DNA of 64,000 nt from Nitrospinales bacterium (GCA_965223795.1 CBDCXL010000001.1:384001-448000); one strand, 5' to 3'; shown: positions 29,808-40,064, counted from the first letter of the stretch. Numbers and translations are program-made. Notes: generated from the letters alone by a model not told the origin.

Positions 29808-30500
29808 ATGAATATCCACGCAGCGATTGTTTTCCTTTTAATTTTATGGGTGGGCGGGTGTGTTTCCGGCCCGGATGTCGAGAAAGAAAGCGCGGCCAAA
29901 ACGAACCGCGCTCAGGAAAAAACGGCGGTAGAAACGCAAAAAACCCGCAGCAAACTGGACGTCGTCCGTGAACAGGCGAGCCAGGGCGAAGCCTCGGCGC
30001 AGCTTGAGCTGGGCACGATGTACGAAACCGGCAGCGGGGTGCGCAAGGATTTCGCCAAAGCCATGAAATGGTACGCCAAAGCCGCCGAGCAGGGCGTGGC
30101 CGACGCCCAGATCAAGCTGGCCGCGATGTACCGGGAAGGCAGAGGCGTTCCGCAGGATTTTCTGGAAGCGGAAAAATGGTACCGCCGCGCCGCCGAGCAG
30201 GGAGACACTGCGGCCCAGATCACCCTGGGCGTCATGTATTTCGAAGGCAAGGAGATCCCCAGGGACAAGGTGCAGGCCCATATGTGGCTGAATATTGCGG
30301 CGTCGCGCCTGTCGCCCGGAACGCAGCGTGACACGGTGGTGGAAAACCGGAAAATCGTGGCGAGCTGGATGACGTTGACGCAGATCGCCGAAGCGCAGAA
30401 GATGGCGCGGGAATGGAAACCGAAGTTTTACTGGAAAAAGAAGGTGGAACCGGTGACCCAGTCCGCGCAGGAGAGGAGAAAAAACCGCTTCGCCAAATGA
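29808..30500 (+). CDS. Sel1-like repeat lipoprotein
   Basis: Lipobox VGGC, three AQ..LG.MY..G.GV..D...A.KWY.KAAEQG-type repeats, GGAGG RBS. Confidence 0.9.
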   Translation: MNIHAAIVFLLILWVGGCVSGPDVEKESAAKTNRAQEKTAVETQKTRSKLDVVREQASQGEASAQLELGTMYETGSGVRKDFAKAMKWYAKAAEQGVADAQIKLAAMYREGRGVPQDFLEAEKWYRRAAEQGDTAAQITLGVMYFEGKEIPRDKVQAHMWLNIAASRLSPGTQRDTVVENRKIVASWMTLTQIAEAQKMAREWKPKFYWKKKVEPVTQSAQERRKNRFAK

Positions 30501-30515
30501 CGTTCCGATTTCCGA

Positions 30516-31850
30516 TCAGGCGGCGGAGCCGACCGGATTCTGGTAATCCTGCATCCAGCGGGAAATGCTGTCCAGAGCCTTGGCGACGATCGCCTGATTT
30601 CTTACCTTTTTATCGCGGATCCGCATTTCCGGCACGAGAAACAACCCGAAGTTGATGTTCATCGGCTGGTAGGCACCCTGTCCTCCGCGCGTGACGTAAT
30701 TGTGCAGCGCACCGAGGGCGGTTTCCAGCGGCGGCGGCGCGAACGTTTCGCCGCGCAGACGTTTCACGGCACTCAGGCTCGCCAGGAGCCCCATCGCGGT
30801 GGATTCCACATAACCTTCCACGCCCACAATCTGGCCCGCAAAGTAGACACCGGGGCGGGTGTTGAGATCGAGTTCCGACCCCAGCAGACTGGGCGCGTTG
30901 ATGAACGTGTTGCGGTGAATGGCGCCGTAGCGGAAAAATTCCGCGTTTTCCAGTCCGGGGATCATGGAAAACACCCGCTTCTGCTCCGGATACTTGAGCT
31001 TGGTCTGGAACCCGACCAGATTGAACGCCGTCCCTTCCTTGTTTTCTCTCCTTAGCTGCACCACTGCGTGCGCGATCTTTCCGGTTTCCGGGTGCGGCAG
31101 CCCCACCGGCTTCATCGCCCCGAACGCCAGCGTTTTCTCTCCGCGCGCCGCCAGCTCCTCGATGGGAAGGCAGCCTTCGAAATAACGCGGTTTCTCGAAC
31201 GTGGCGAACGGCACTTTCTCGGCGTCGTTCAGAGCCTTAATGAAGCTCCGGTATTGCTCCCTGTCCATCGGGCAGTTCAGGTAATCGTCGCTGCCCTTGT
31301 TGTAGCGCGAAGCGAAGAAGGCCTTGCTGTAATCGAGGCTGTTCGCGTCGACGATGGGAGAAATCGCGTCGTAGAAATACAGGTATTTCTGACCGATCAG
31401 GCGGGAAATTTTTTCTGAAAGCTTAGGTGAGGTGAGCGGTCCGGTGGCGACGATGACGGGACCCTGCTCCGGCAGGTCCACCACTTCCTCGCGGATCAGG
31501 TTGATGTTGGGATGGCTTGCGATGCGACGGGTGATCTCGCGAGAGAACAGGTCGCGGTCCACCGCCAGCGCCGATCCCGCGGGCACGGCGTGGTCGTCTC
31601 CGGCCTGTATCACGACGGAGCCGAATTTTCTCAGCTCCTGCTTGAGCAGAAACGGCGCGGAGTTGCCCTGATTGTTGCCCAGCGAGTTGCTGCACACCAG
31701 CTCGGCGCAGTGGTCCGTCTTGTGAACCGGAGTCGGCGTTTTGGAGCGCATCTCATAAAGATCGACCTTCACACCGCGCTCAGCGGCCTGCCAAGCCGCT
31801 TCGGAACCGGCCAGGCCGCTTCCGATCACCGTCAAACGCATCTTATCCAT
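30516..31850 (-). CDS. trmFO: Methylenetetrahydrofolate-tRNA-(uracil-54)-methyltransferase
   Basis: GSGLAGSEAAWQ, AELVCSNS, VGFQTKLK, IHRNTFIN and FAGQI.GVEGY.ES motifs. Confidence 0.95.
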   Translation of the reverse strand: MDKMRLTVIGSGLAGSEAAWQAAERGVKVDLYEMRSKTPTPVHKTDHCAELVCSNSLGNNQGNSAPFLLKQELRKFGSVVIQAGDDHAVPAGSALAVDRDLFSREITRRIASHPNINLIREEVVDLPEQGPVIVATGPLTSPKLSEKISRLIGQKYLYFYDAISPIVDANSLDYSKAFFASRYNKGSDDYLNCPMDREQYRSFIKALNDAEKVPFATFEKPRYFEGCLPIEELAARGEKTLAFGAMKPVGLPHPETGKIAHAVVQLRRENKEGTAFNLVGFQTKLKYPEQKRVFSMIPGLENAEFFRYGAIHRNTFINAPSLLGSELDLNTRPGVYFAGQIVGVEGYVESTAMGLLASLSAVKRLRGETFAPPPLETALGALHNYVTRGGQGAYQPMNINFGLFLVPEMRIRDKKVRNQAIVAKALDSISRWMQDYQNPVGSAA

Positions 31851-31974
31851 ACGTGCCGCTTATTGAAACAACGGGCGTCCTTGCGGATACGGTCCGTGCG
31901 AACCCATCCGGGGATTGCGGATAAAGTTGCCCATTGCAGAAGAAATTTGAATCGTTACAGCGATCCCGTCCCGT

Positions 31975-34251
31975 TCAGGCCGCCGCGGGTGATTTTTTAT
32001 GCCCGCATTTGGGACACACGATCGAGGCCCCCTCGCTTTTTTTCCACTTTTCCACCATGAAGACGTGGTTGCAGTCCGGGCAGGCTTCGTCCACCGGCTT
32101 GTCCCAGGAGGTGAACTTGCAGTTGGGGTATTCGCTGCATCCGTAAAAGGTGCGACCCTTTTTGCTGCGCCGTCCGGCGATTTCGCCCTTGCACCCCTCT
32201 TCCGGGCACTTGATGCCGAGACCGATGGGTTTGGTGAACTTGCAGTCCGGGTAGGTGGAGCAGGCGATGAATTTGCCGAACCGGCCCATTTTGATGATGA
32301 GCGGAGAATCGCATTTTTCGCACTTGCCTTCCACCTCTTCCACCGCCGCGCTCTTGCCGTCGCCGTCCTCGCCCAGGTTGCGCGTGTTCTTGCAGTCCGG
32401 ATAGCCGGAACAGGCCATGAATTTGCCGAACCGGCCCCATTTGATGATCATGGGCTTGTCGCATTTTTCACAGACCTCGTCGGTTTCCTCGACCTGGTTC
32501 TTCACGTCCTTCATTTTCTTTTCCGCTTCTTCCAGCGTCACCTTGAACGGATCGTAGAACTTTTTCAGCGCGTTCACCCAGTCCATGCTGCCGTCCTCGA
32601 TCTGATCGAGGCGGTCTTCCATCTGCGCGGTGAACTCGGTGGTCATGTACTCGGGGAAATTTTCCACCAGCATGTCCGAAACCAGAAAGCCCAGTTCGGA
32701 CGGATGCAGCCGGCGTTCCTCGGAGCGGATGTAGTCGCGGTCCTTGATGACGCTGATGATCGAGGCGTACGTACTGGGACGGCCGACGCCCTTGTCCTCC
32801 AGCTCCTTGACCAGCGCCGCCTCGGTGAAACGCGGCGGCGGCTGCGTGAAGTGCTGCTCGGGCAGTATTTTTAAAAGCTTGAGGGCGTCGCCTTTTTCCA
32901 GTTCCGGGAGCAGCCGGTCGGTGGTGCCGCCTTTCGCCCCTTCCTTGGAGTCCTTGCCCTTTTCCTGGGAATCGTCGTCGGTGCTTTCCACGTAGACCTG
33001 CATGAATCCGGCGAATTTCAGGATCGACCCGTTGGCGCGGAACAGGTAGCGCCCGGTGCGGATGTCGAACTGGGTCGTGTCCATGATGGCGGGCACCATC
33101 TGGCAGGCCACGGTGCGGGACCAGATCAGCTGGTACAGGTTGAATGCGTCCTTTTCCAGATATTCCTTGACCGCCTTCGGTTCCAGCGTGACGTCCGTCG
33201 GGCGGATGGCCTCATGCGCTTCCTGGGCGGATTTTTTACTTTTATAGGTATTGGGCGAGCCCGGCAAAAATTCCTTGCCGTAGCGTTCGGGGATGAATCC
33301 GCGGATGTTGCCCAGCGCTTCGTCGGAGAGCCGCACCGAGTCGGTACGCATGTAGGTGATGAGCCCGACCGTGCCTTTGTCGCCCAATTGCAGTCCCTCG
33401 TACAGGCGCTGCGCCAGCATCATGGTTTTCTTGGGAGAGAAGTTCAGCTTGCGCGACGCTTCCTGCTGCAGGGTGCTGGTGATGAACGGCGGCGACGGGT
33501 TGCGCTTGCGTTCCTTCTTGGTGACGTTTTCCAGAACCAGTTCACTGCCGTCCACGTCCTTGACGATCTTGTCGGCCTGCTCCTGATTTTTGACCTCGGC
33601 TTTTGCGTCGTCGATCTTGAACAGCTTGGCCTCGAACGGCGGCGGCGTCTTGCCTTCGAGATCCAGCGTGATCGACCAGTACTCTTCCGGCTTGAACGCC
33701 TGGATTTCCCGTTCGCGGTCGCACACGATTCTCAGCGCCACCGACTGCACGCGGCCGGCGCTCAATCCGCGGTGGATTTTCTTCCACAACAGCGGGCTGA
33801 TCTTGTAGCCCACCAGCCGGTCGAGGATGCGGCGCGCCTGCTGGGCGTTCACCTTGTTGAGGTTCAGCTCCTGGGGGTGGTCGATGGCTTCCTTGACCGC
33901 CTTTTTGGTGATTTCGTTGAACGCGACCCGGAAGATCTTGCCCTTGGTGAACTTGGACACTTCGTTGCCGATGTGGTGGGCGATGGCCTCGCCCTCGCGA
34001 TCCGGGTCGGGCGCCAGGTAGATGTTTTCGGCTTTTTTCGCCGCGGTCTTCAACTCGCTGAGGATTTTGCCCTTACCGCGAATGGTGATGTATTCCGGCG
34101 CGAAGTCGTTGTCCACGTCCACCCCGAGCTTCTTTTTCGGCAGGTCTTTTAAGTGTCCCACGGAAGCCTTGATGATAAAGTCCCGCCCCACGATCTTTTT
34201 CAGCGTGTTGACTTTGGTGGGTGACTCGACGATCAGCAGCGATTTAGCCAT
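31975..34251 (-). CDS. topA: DNA topoisomerase I with C4 zinc ribbons
   Basis: IVESP.K, DPDREGE, SAGRVQS, catalytic ITYMRTD and AQEAHEAIRPT motifs; C-terminal Zn ribbons. Confidence 0.97.
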   Translation of the reverse strand: MAKSLLIVESPTKVNTLKKIVGRDFIIKASVGHLKDLPKKKLGVDVDNDFAPEYITIRGKGKILSELKTAAKKAENIYLAPDPDREGEAIAHHIGNEVSKFTKGKIFRVAFNEITKKAVKEAIDHPQELNLNKVNAQQARRILDRLVGYKISPLLWKKIHRGLSAGRVQSVALRIVCDREREIQAFKPEEYWSITLDLEGKTPPPFEAKLFKIDDAKAEVKNQEQADKIVKDVDGSELVLENVTKKERKRNPSPPFITSTLQQEASRKLNFSPKKTMMLAQRLYEGLQLGDKGTVGLITYMRTDSVRLSDEALGNIRGFIPERYGKEFLPGSPNTYKSKKSAQEAHEAIRPTDVTLEPKAVKEYLEKDAFNLYQLIWSRTVACQMVPAIMDTTQFDIRTGRYLFRANGSILKFAGFMQVYVESTDDDSQEKGKDSKEGAKGGTTDRLLPELEKGDALKLLKILPEQHFTQPPPRFTEAALVKELEDKGVGRPSTYASIISVIKDRDYIRSEERRLHPSELGFLVSDMLVENFPEYMTTEFTAQMEDRLDQIEDGSMDWVNALKKFYDPFKVTLEEAEKKMKDVKNQVEETDEVCEKCDKPMIIKWGRFGKFMACSGYPDCKNTRNLGEDGDGKSAAVEEVEGKCEKCDSPLIIKMGRFGKFIACSTYPDCKFTKPIGLGIKCPEEGCKGEIAGRRSKKGRTFYGCSEYPNCKFTSWDKPVDEACPDCNHVFMVEKWKKSEGASIVCPKCGHKKSPAAA

Positions 34252-34387
34252 AAATCCTCTTGAATAGGGCGATTCGGATGAAAACAGAGTTGACGTTGCT
34301 GGAATCCCGCGGTCCGCGGCGCATGTGGAGTCCGGTTGGCAATTTTCTCAAGCCGGGACCGCCGGTTGAGCAGTGGTGTCCGCAAAA

Positions 34388-35497
34388 TCAATCATTTGTG
34401 GTCGCGATGCAGACTTTTCCGTTCATCTGCCGGACCCAGCCTTTCAACTCCAGCTGAACCAGTGTAGCGGAAACTTGGGCCGGTGACAATCGGCTGTTTT
34501 CGATGATCCGGTCAATATGCTGCTCTTCCCGGCCCAAAAGGGAAATAAGATTCTGCTCCACCGCTGTCAATGGCGGTTTTTCGGCGGCGGCCGCGGCGGG
34601 CAGCCTGAGCTTATCCTGAATGGATTCGGGCAGTTCTTCGATCACCGCCTCGGGCCCGTCCACCAGTTTCGCGCCGTTTTTGATCAGGCGGTTGGTCTCC
34701 CGGCTTTTCGGCGAGCTGATATTCCCCGGCACGGCGAACACGTCGCGCCCCTGCTCGAGTGCGAACTGCACGGTGATGAGCGCGCCGCTTTTCTCCCCGG
34801 CTTCGACGACGATGGTGCCGTGCGAAAGGCCGCTGATGACACGGTTGCGCGCCGGGAAATTGCTGCGCTCCGGCCGCATGCCGACGGGAAATTCCGAGAT
34901 CACCGCTCCCTGGGCCACGATTTTTTTGCGCAGCGAGGCGTTTTCGGCCGGATAGGTCTGGGACAGTCCGCAGCCGAACACCGCCAGCGTGTCGCCGCCC
35001 GCTTTCAACGCGGCGCGGTGGGCGCGGGTGTCGATCCCGCGCGCCATGCCGCTGACCACGGTGACGCCGCGCTCGGCCAGCGCATGGCACAGCTTTTCGG
35101 TGATGATGGTTCCGTAATTCGTCGGGTTGCGGGTGCCCACCACCGCCATGGGAACGGAAACAGTGTCGATCGGTTTTCCCTGGCAGTACAGAAGCGGCGG
35201 CGGATCGTAAATTTCTTTCAACAGAGCCGGGTACTCGGGACTCTCAAGCGTCAGAATCCGCGCACCCAGCTTCTCCACCAGCCGGAATTCCCGCTCCACC
35301 CGTTCTTCCAGACCGCCATCGAGGATCTGCCCGGCGATCTTCTCGCCGACGCCCTCGACCCGCATCAGTTCCCGGCGCGGTGCGCGCAACACGGCTTCGG
35401 GCGAGCCCAGGGCGTGGACCAGGCGGTGGAACAGGGTCTTTCCCACGCCCAGCACCATGTTGAGAGCCACCCAATGCTTCGTGTCCTGCATCCGCAT
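34388..35497 (-). CDS. dprA: DNA-processing protein DprA/Smf
   Basis: AVVGTR, VSGMARGIDT.AH, NFPARNRVISGLS and EQGRDVFAVPG motifs. Exact start uncertain (35491/35497/35518). Confidence 0.95.
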   Translation of the reverse strand: MRMQDTKHWVALNMVLGVGKTLFHRLVHALGSPEAVLRAPRRELMRVEGVGEKIAGQILDGGLEERVEREFRLVEKLGARILTLESPEYPALLKEIYDPPPLLYCQGKPIDTVSVPMAVVGTRNPTNYGTIITEKLCHALAERGVTVVSGMARGIDTRAHRAALKAGGDTLAVFGCGLSQTYPAENASLRKKIVAQGAVISEFPVGMRPERSNFPARNRVISGLSHGTIVVEAGEKSGALITVQFALEQGRDVFAVPGNISSPKSRETNRLIKNGAKLVDGPEAVIEELPESIQDKLRLPAAAAAEKPPLTAVEQNLISLLGREEQHIDRIIENSRLSPAQVSATLVQLELKGWVRQMNGKVCIATTND

Positions 35498-35549
35498 CCC
35501 GGTCCCTCGTATCGCCAAGCGGCGGACGTTCCCGTATCCGGCGCCCGCC

Positions 35550-36425
35550 CTATTTTGAAAACGCGATGGCCTGGTTTTTTCTTTTTTCCAGGTCGGCCAC
35601 CGACACGTTGAAATCGTACAGGGTCTGGTAATAGCCCCGCAGCACGCGTGTGTAGATGATCAAAGCCTGAAACAGGTCTTCCGAATCGCCGATGCCGAAA
35701 TCGTAATTCGCCACTTCCGTGACCAGCAGCGCGCGGGTGATCTTCCTGCTTTTCTTTGCGAGCTTCACCTTCGACCGGGTTTTCACCACTTCCAGAAACG
35801 CTTTGCGCAGCAGAAACATTTTCTGCCGGTCGATGCCGTGCGCTTTCTTCGCGCTTTTCGTCGCGGTTTTTTCAGCGGTTGGTTTCCGCTCCGGCTCATC
35901 ACCGGCGAGGTAATCGCTCACGCTGTCATACGGGAACGGCACCGCCTTGATGGATTCTTCCGCGAGCGGGCTTTCGAAGGAAAACGGCTTGCCGGTCAGG
36001 TGCGCCAGCGACAGGATGGCGACATGGATCTCGTTTTTAAGATCGATCATGTCGTTGAGAGTCCCGGATCGGCCGAGCTTGAGCTTGGTGATGTCCGACT
36101 GCGTGAGGTTGTCGTCTTCCCCCGCGTCGTATTTTTCTTCGGACTTCTCCACCGCCTTGTCGAAATGTTCCTTCACCTCTTCGGCGATGTCCATCTGCTC
36201 GCTCTTGGACTGCACCTCGTAATAGAATTTTTTCACCTGGAAACGGATCTCATTCTCCGAGGTCCTGGGATTTTTCTTCAATGCCAGCTGGATGGTTTCC
36301 TTGAGTGTGGGAATGGGAACGGCACCCTCCGCCGCGGGTGCGGCGTGCGCGCCCGGCGCCAGCCAGCAGGAAAGTAAAACGCCTGATAAAACGGCGCTCC
36401 ATCGTTTGAACGGACTGAGTCTCAT
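35550..36425 (-). CDS. Exported TolC/outer-membrane-factor-like helical protein, short
   Basis: Signal peptide (AHA), TL.E.I.LAL..NP, V...YY.V, KY.AG....SD and NY.FG....DL..A......Y...LYDFN...A.LE helical motifs typical of outer-membrane factors; only 291 aa. Confidence 0.65.
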   Translation of the reverse strand: MRLSPFKRWSAVLSGVLLSCWLAPGAHAAPAAEGAVPIPTLKETIQLALKKNPRTSENEIRFQVKKFYYEVQSKSEQMDIAEEVKEHFDKAVEKSEEKYDAGEDDNLTQSDITKLKLGRSGTLNDMIDLKNEIHVAILSLAHLTGKPFSFESPLAEESIKAVPFPYDSVSDYLAGDEPERKPTAEKTATKSAKKAHGIDRQKMFLLRKAFLEVVKTRSKVKLAKKSRKITRALLVTEVANYDFGIGDSEDLFQALIIYTRVLRGYYQTLYDFNVSVADLEKRKNQAIAFSK

Positions 36426-36504
36426 ATTGCTTCCTCGAAACAGGAGTTCCTTATAGGGAACGTGAACAACCGGGTATGGACACTATAGGGAAGAATTCAG
36501 GGAA

Positions 36505-36618
36505 AGCAAAAAGAAAGGGGCGCTGAACCCCCCAAAAGAAACCTTGATGGCAACCAAGAACTTTCTTTTTTATCGGATATGTCCGGGAAAGGACAGAGTT
36601 CAGCACCCCTCAGGGATG
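36505..36618 (-). ncRNA. Candidate structured RNA (sRNA or cis-regulatory leader)
   Basis: Long closing stem (36516-36532 with 36594-36610) plus two internal hairpins. Plus-strand mismatches become G-U pairs on the minus strand. U-rich tract follows; promoter immediately upstream. Confidence 0.65.
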
Positions 36619-36623
36619 TTCAG

Positions 36624-36652
36624 AATTTATCATAGGGGTCCTGGACTGTCAA
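36624..36652 (-). promoter_or_regulatory. sigma70 promoter
   Basis: TTGACA-N17-TAAATT with extended -10 TG on the minus strand. Confidence 0.8.
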
Positions 36653-36880
36653 TACAATTCTAGGAAATCCGGGGCCATTTGGGGCGGAAAAAGGCACATA
36701 AAATCATTTGTTTACAAAGGTTTGCGAAATCCTCATTAAAATTGCCTATTTTTATAGCATTTTAAATAATTGATTTTAAAGGACTTACAATACAGCCATT
36801 TCAGGCCGAAAACAGCGGCTCCGGAGCGGGCTCCGGCGGATTGAAAAATAATACCTGCTTAATTATCGGGCACTTACGAA

Positions 36881-37699
36881 TTATATGGCTTGAAAAGGGA
36901 TGGGGATGAAGGTGACGATGAAGATCGCCAGCGACAGGTATCCCAGGCGTCTCTCCCTGGGGCCGATATTCGTGACCGGATCGAGCAGCGGAGCGGGGCG
37001 AAAGCCGATGAGCGCGATCATGAGCGCCCAGAACCACCAGCCGGCCCAGAAATATCCGAGCGGCAATAGCAGCACGAAGAACACGCGGGCGGCGATGTGG
37101 TAATGCTGTCCCATCATGGCGTAGAGGATGTGCCCGCCGTCGAGCTGGCCGATGGGAAGCAGGTTCAGGGCCGTGATCAGCAGCCCGATCCATCCGGCGA
37201 ACGCCACCGGATGCAGTTCGATGTTGATGTCGGGAGAAAGCGGGGTGATGCCGAGAACGAGTTTGGAAAGCACGGTCAGCAAAATGGAACTGCCGAAGGA
37301 CATCCCCTGAACCGGGTCCACCGCACTGGTCGTGGACAGGGCGAGGCCGACGATGAGCGTCGGCACGGCGACGACGAAGCCGGCAATCGGTCCCGCCGCG
37401 CCGATCTCGATGAGCACGCGGCGGTTGGGGATCTGGTCCTTGATCTGAATGAACGCGCCGAAGGTGCCGGCGATGAAGATGGGCGGCGCGGGGATGAAGA
37501 ACGGCAGCGTCGCCTTGACGTTGTTTCTGCGGCTGGCCCAGTAATGGCCGAACTCGTGCGTGCCCAGGATCAGAAGCAGCGAAAAGGAAAACACGAATCC
37601 GCCCACCAGGTAGGTGGTGCCGATAGTCGCGGCGAGCAGCACGGAAAAGATGACCCAGTCTCTCGGCGCGGGGTGTGCCGCCGGCACGATTTCGTTCAC
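36881..37699 (-). CDS. Site-2 protease (peptidase M50)
   Basis: HEFGH, AAGPIAG and NLLPIGQLDGGH motifs, multiple TM segments. GTG start overlaps the proA stop. Confidence 0.92.
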   Translation of the reverse strand: MNEIVPAAHPAPRDWVIFSVLLAATIGTTYLVGGFVFSFSLLLILGTHEFGHYWASRRNNVKATLPFFIPAPPIFIAGTFGAFIQIKDQIPNRRVLIEIGAAGPIAGFVVAVPTLIVGLALSTTSAVDPVQGMSFGSSILLTVLSKLVLGITPLSPDINIELHPVAFAGWIGLLITALNLLPIGQLDGGHILYAMMGQHYHIAARVFFVLLLPLGYFWAGWWFWALMIALIGFRPAPLLDPVTNIGPRERRLGYLSLAIFIVTFIPIPFQAI

Positions 37700-39006
37700 G
37701 GGACGCTGCAATCGCTTTTACCGAGCGGCCGGTGCGTGAACGCCCTGCCCTCTTTGCCGGAATAATCGGCGACGGTCTGCCCTTTGCCGAGCAGTTTGTA
37801 CTTGTAAATCACCAGTCCTTCCAGGCCGACGGGTCCGCGTGCGTGCGTCTTGTTGGTGCTGATGCCGATTTCCGCGCCCAGCCCGTAACGAAACCCGTCG
37901 GCGAAGCGGGTCGAGGCGTTCCACATCACGCTGGCGGAGTCCACTTCGTTCAGGAACGCTTCCGCGGCGGCGGCGTCCTCGGTGAGAATGGTGTCGGTGT
38001 GGCCGGAACCGTGCTCGTTGATGAAGCCGATCGCTTCCTCCAGGCTGGATACCATGCGCAGGGCGAGCTTGAGATCATTGTATTCGGTGTCCCATTCCAC
38101 GGCGTCGGCTTTTTTGACGTCGGGCGCGAGCGCGCACACCCGGTTGCAGCCGACCAGCTCGACGTTTTTTTCGCGCAGGGCCTGAACCAGGCCGGGCAGC
38201 ACCGGCTTGGCCGCATCCTCATGGATGAGCAGGGTCTCGACGGCGTTGCAGGCGGCGGGGTATTGCAGCTTGGCGTCGAGGGCCACGCGCACCGCTTTTT
38301 CCGCATCGGCTTTGGCGTCGATGTAGACGTGGCAGATGCCTTCGGAATGGCCCAGCACGGGGATCTTCGTGTTTTCCTGTATGTATTTCACAAACGCGTT
38401 GCTGCCGCGCGGCACGATGAGGTTGATGTGTTTGTCTTCGTTGAGCATGTCCGCCACTTCCGCACGGGTTTCGATCATCTGCACGGCGGATTCGGGGATG
38501 CCGGCAATGTCGGCGAGCGCGCCGGTCAACAGCGAGACGATCACCTTGTTGGTGTTCTGGGCTTCGCGGCCGCCTTTCAAGATGACGGCGTTGCCGGACT
38601 TGAGGCACAGAGACGCGATCTGCGGCACCGCGTCGGGACGCGATTCGAAAATCGCGCCGATCACGCCGATGGGACAGGTGACGTGGTGCAGGATCAACCC
38701 CTCGTCCAGCTCGGTGACGCTCTTTTCCCGGCCGACCGGGTCCTCGAGCAGAGCCACGCTGCGGATGCCCTGTGCCATGCCCGCGACCTTCGCTTCGTCC
38801 ACGGCGAGCCGGGCGATCAGCGGACCGGGCAGGTTTTCGCGTTTCGCGTATTCCAGATCCGCGGCGTTGGCCTTGAGGATGGCCGCGGTGTTGTTTTCCA
38901 GCGCCTGCGCCATGTTTTCCAGCGCCTGATTTTTCAGGTCCGTGGAAGCGCGGGCGAGGATGAGCGCGGCGTTTTTTGCCTGTGCGGCGATTTCGGATAC
39001 GGTCAT
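37696..39006 (-). CDS. proA: Gamma-glutamyl phosphate reductase
   Basis: PIGVIGAIFESRP, CLKSGNAVILKGG.EA, ACNAVETLL, NASTRFADG..YG.GAEIGIST and HARGP.GL motifs. Confidence 0.97.
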   Translation of the reverse strand: MTVSEIAAQAKNAALILARASTDLKNQALENMAQALENNTAAILKANAADLEYAKRENLPGPLIARLAVDEAKVAGMAQGIRSVALLEDPVGREKSVTELDEGLILHHVTCPIGVIGAIFESRPDAVPQIASLCLKSGNAVILKGGREAQNTNKVIVSLLTGALADIAGIPESAVQMIETRAEVADMLNEDKHINLIVPRGSNAFVKYIQENTKIPVLGHSEGICHVYIDAKADAEKAVRVALDAKLQYPAACNAVETLLIHEDAAKPVLPGLVQALREKNVELVGCNRVCALAPDVKKADAVEWDTEYNDLKLALRMVSSLEEAIGFINEHGSGHTDTILTEDAAAAEAFLNEVDSASVMWNASTRFADGFRYGLGAEIGISTNKTHARGPVGLEGLVIYKYKLLGKGQTVADYSGKEGRAFTHRPLGKSDCSVP

Positions 39007-39091
39007 GAAGCAGCCTGTGCGAGAGTCAGAATGGATTCAATTATAACGCATTGGCAAACAGAGGAATTTTAAAATGCGCGGAGAAAATTCC

Positions 39092-40051
39092 TCATTCCGA
39101 TTCTCCCGGATAAATGGGGTTTTTGATGCGGGTGAGGTGTTGGGAGGTTTCGATCGCTTCGACTCCGGCGTCACCGATGTGGTTGCCCCACAGCTTGAGA
39201 AACTCCAGCCGGGACAGGTTCGACGCCTGTGCCAGGGAAGCGGCACCTTCCAGAGTGATGCCGTTCCATTGCAGATCCAGATGGGTCAGGTTTTCCAGCC
39301 CGGCAAGTTCCGTCAGCGCCTGCACGCCCGCACTGCCCAGCTCGTTTTTTTTCAGGTTCCATTCTTTGAGCACGCGGAACGCCGCCTTGCCTTGCAAGCC
39401 ACGGATCCCCTCGGCGCTGATGCCGTTGTTGGACAGATCCAGAATTTCCAGCTGAGGGAAAAATGCGGCCTGGCTGAGTTCCGACAGCCCGCTATCGCCG
39501 ATGCCGTTGCCGCTCAGGTACAGCTCGCGAAGATTGTTCAAACCCTGGGACTGCGCCAAAGCGCGCACGCCTTCCACGCCAACGCCCGTATTGGAAAGAT
39601 TGAGTGAAACCAGGTTTGCAAGCCGGGACGAACCGGCGAGATGCTTCACCCCGTCCGCGCCGATGGGATTCTCCCACAAATTGAGCTGTTCGAGCTTGGC
39701 GACGTTTTCCGATTCTGCGAGCGCCGCGATGCCGGCTTTGCCGATGCGGTTGTCGAACAGGTTCAGGACACGCAGATTCCCCAGGTATTTCGATTCCGCC
39801 AGCGCCTGCGCACCCTTGTCACCCATATAATGGGATCCCAGAATCAGCGTGCTGACATTTTGCATCAGCCGGGAACGGGCGAGCCGCAGGGCGCCTCTTT
39901 CATACAGCGTGCCGCTGTTTTTCAGATCCAGGTGCGTGCCGTCTTTTCTCATGTCTTTCAGAATCAGCGTGTTGATGTCGTAGCCCCAGGCAGGGGCGGC
40001 AAAGAGCAGGAGAACGGCGAGCAGCGGAACGATTCGGCAGTGAGCGGACAT
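39092..40051 (-). CDS. Exported leucine-rich repeat protein (RI-like ~28 aa repeats)
   Basis: Signal peptide (PAWG), repeats of L..L.L..N.IG..G...LA.S..L. Confidence 0.9.
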   Translation of the reverse strand: MSAHCRIVPLLAVLLLFAAPAWGYDINTLILKDMRKDGTHLDLKNSGTLYERGALRLARSRLMQNVSTLILGSHYMGDKGAQALAESKYLGNLRVLNLFDNRIGKAGIAALAESENVAKLEQLNLWENPIGADGVKHLAGSSRLANLVSLNLSNTGVGVEGVRALAQSQGLNNLRELYLSGNGIGDSGLSELSQAAFFPQLEILDLSNNGISAEGIRGLQGKAAFRVLKEWNLKKNELGSAGVQALTELAGLENLTHLDLQWNGITLEGAASLAQASNLSRLEFLKLWGNHIGDAGVEAIETSQHLTRIKNPIYPGESE

Positions 40052-40064
40052 GAGAAACGGTTGT

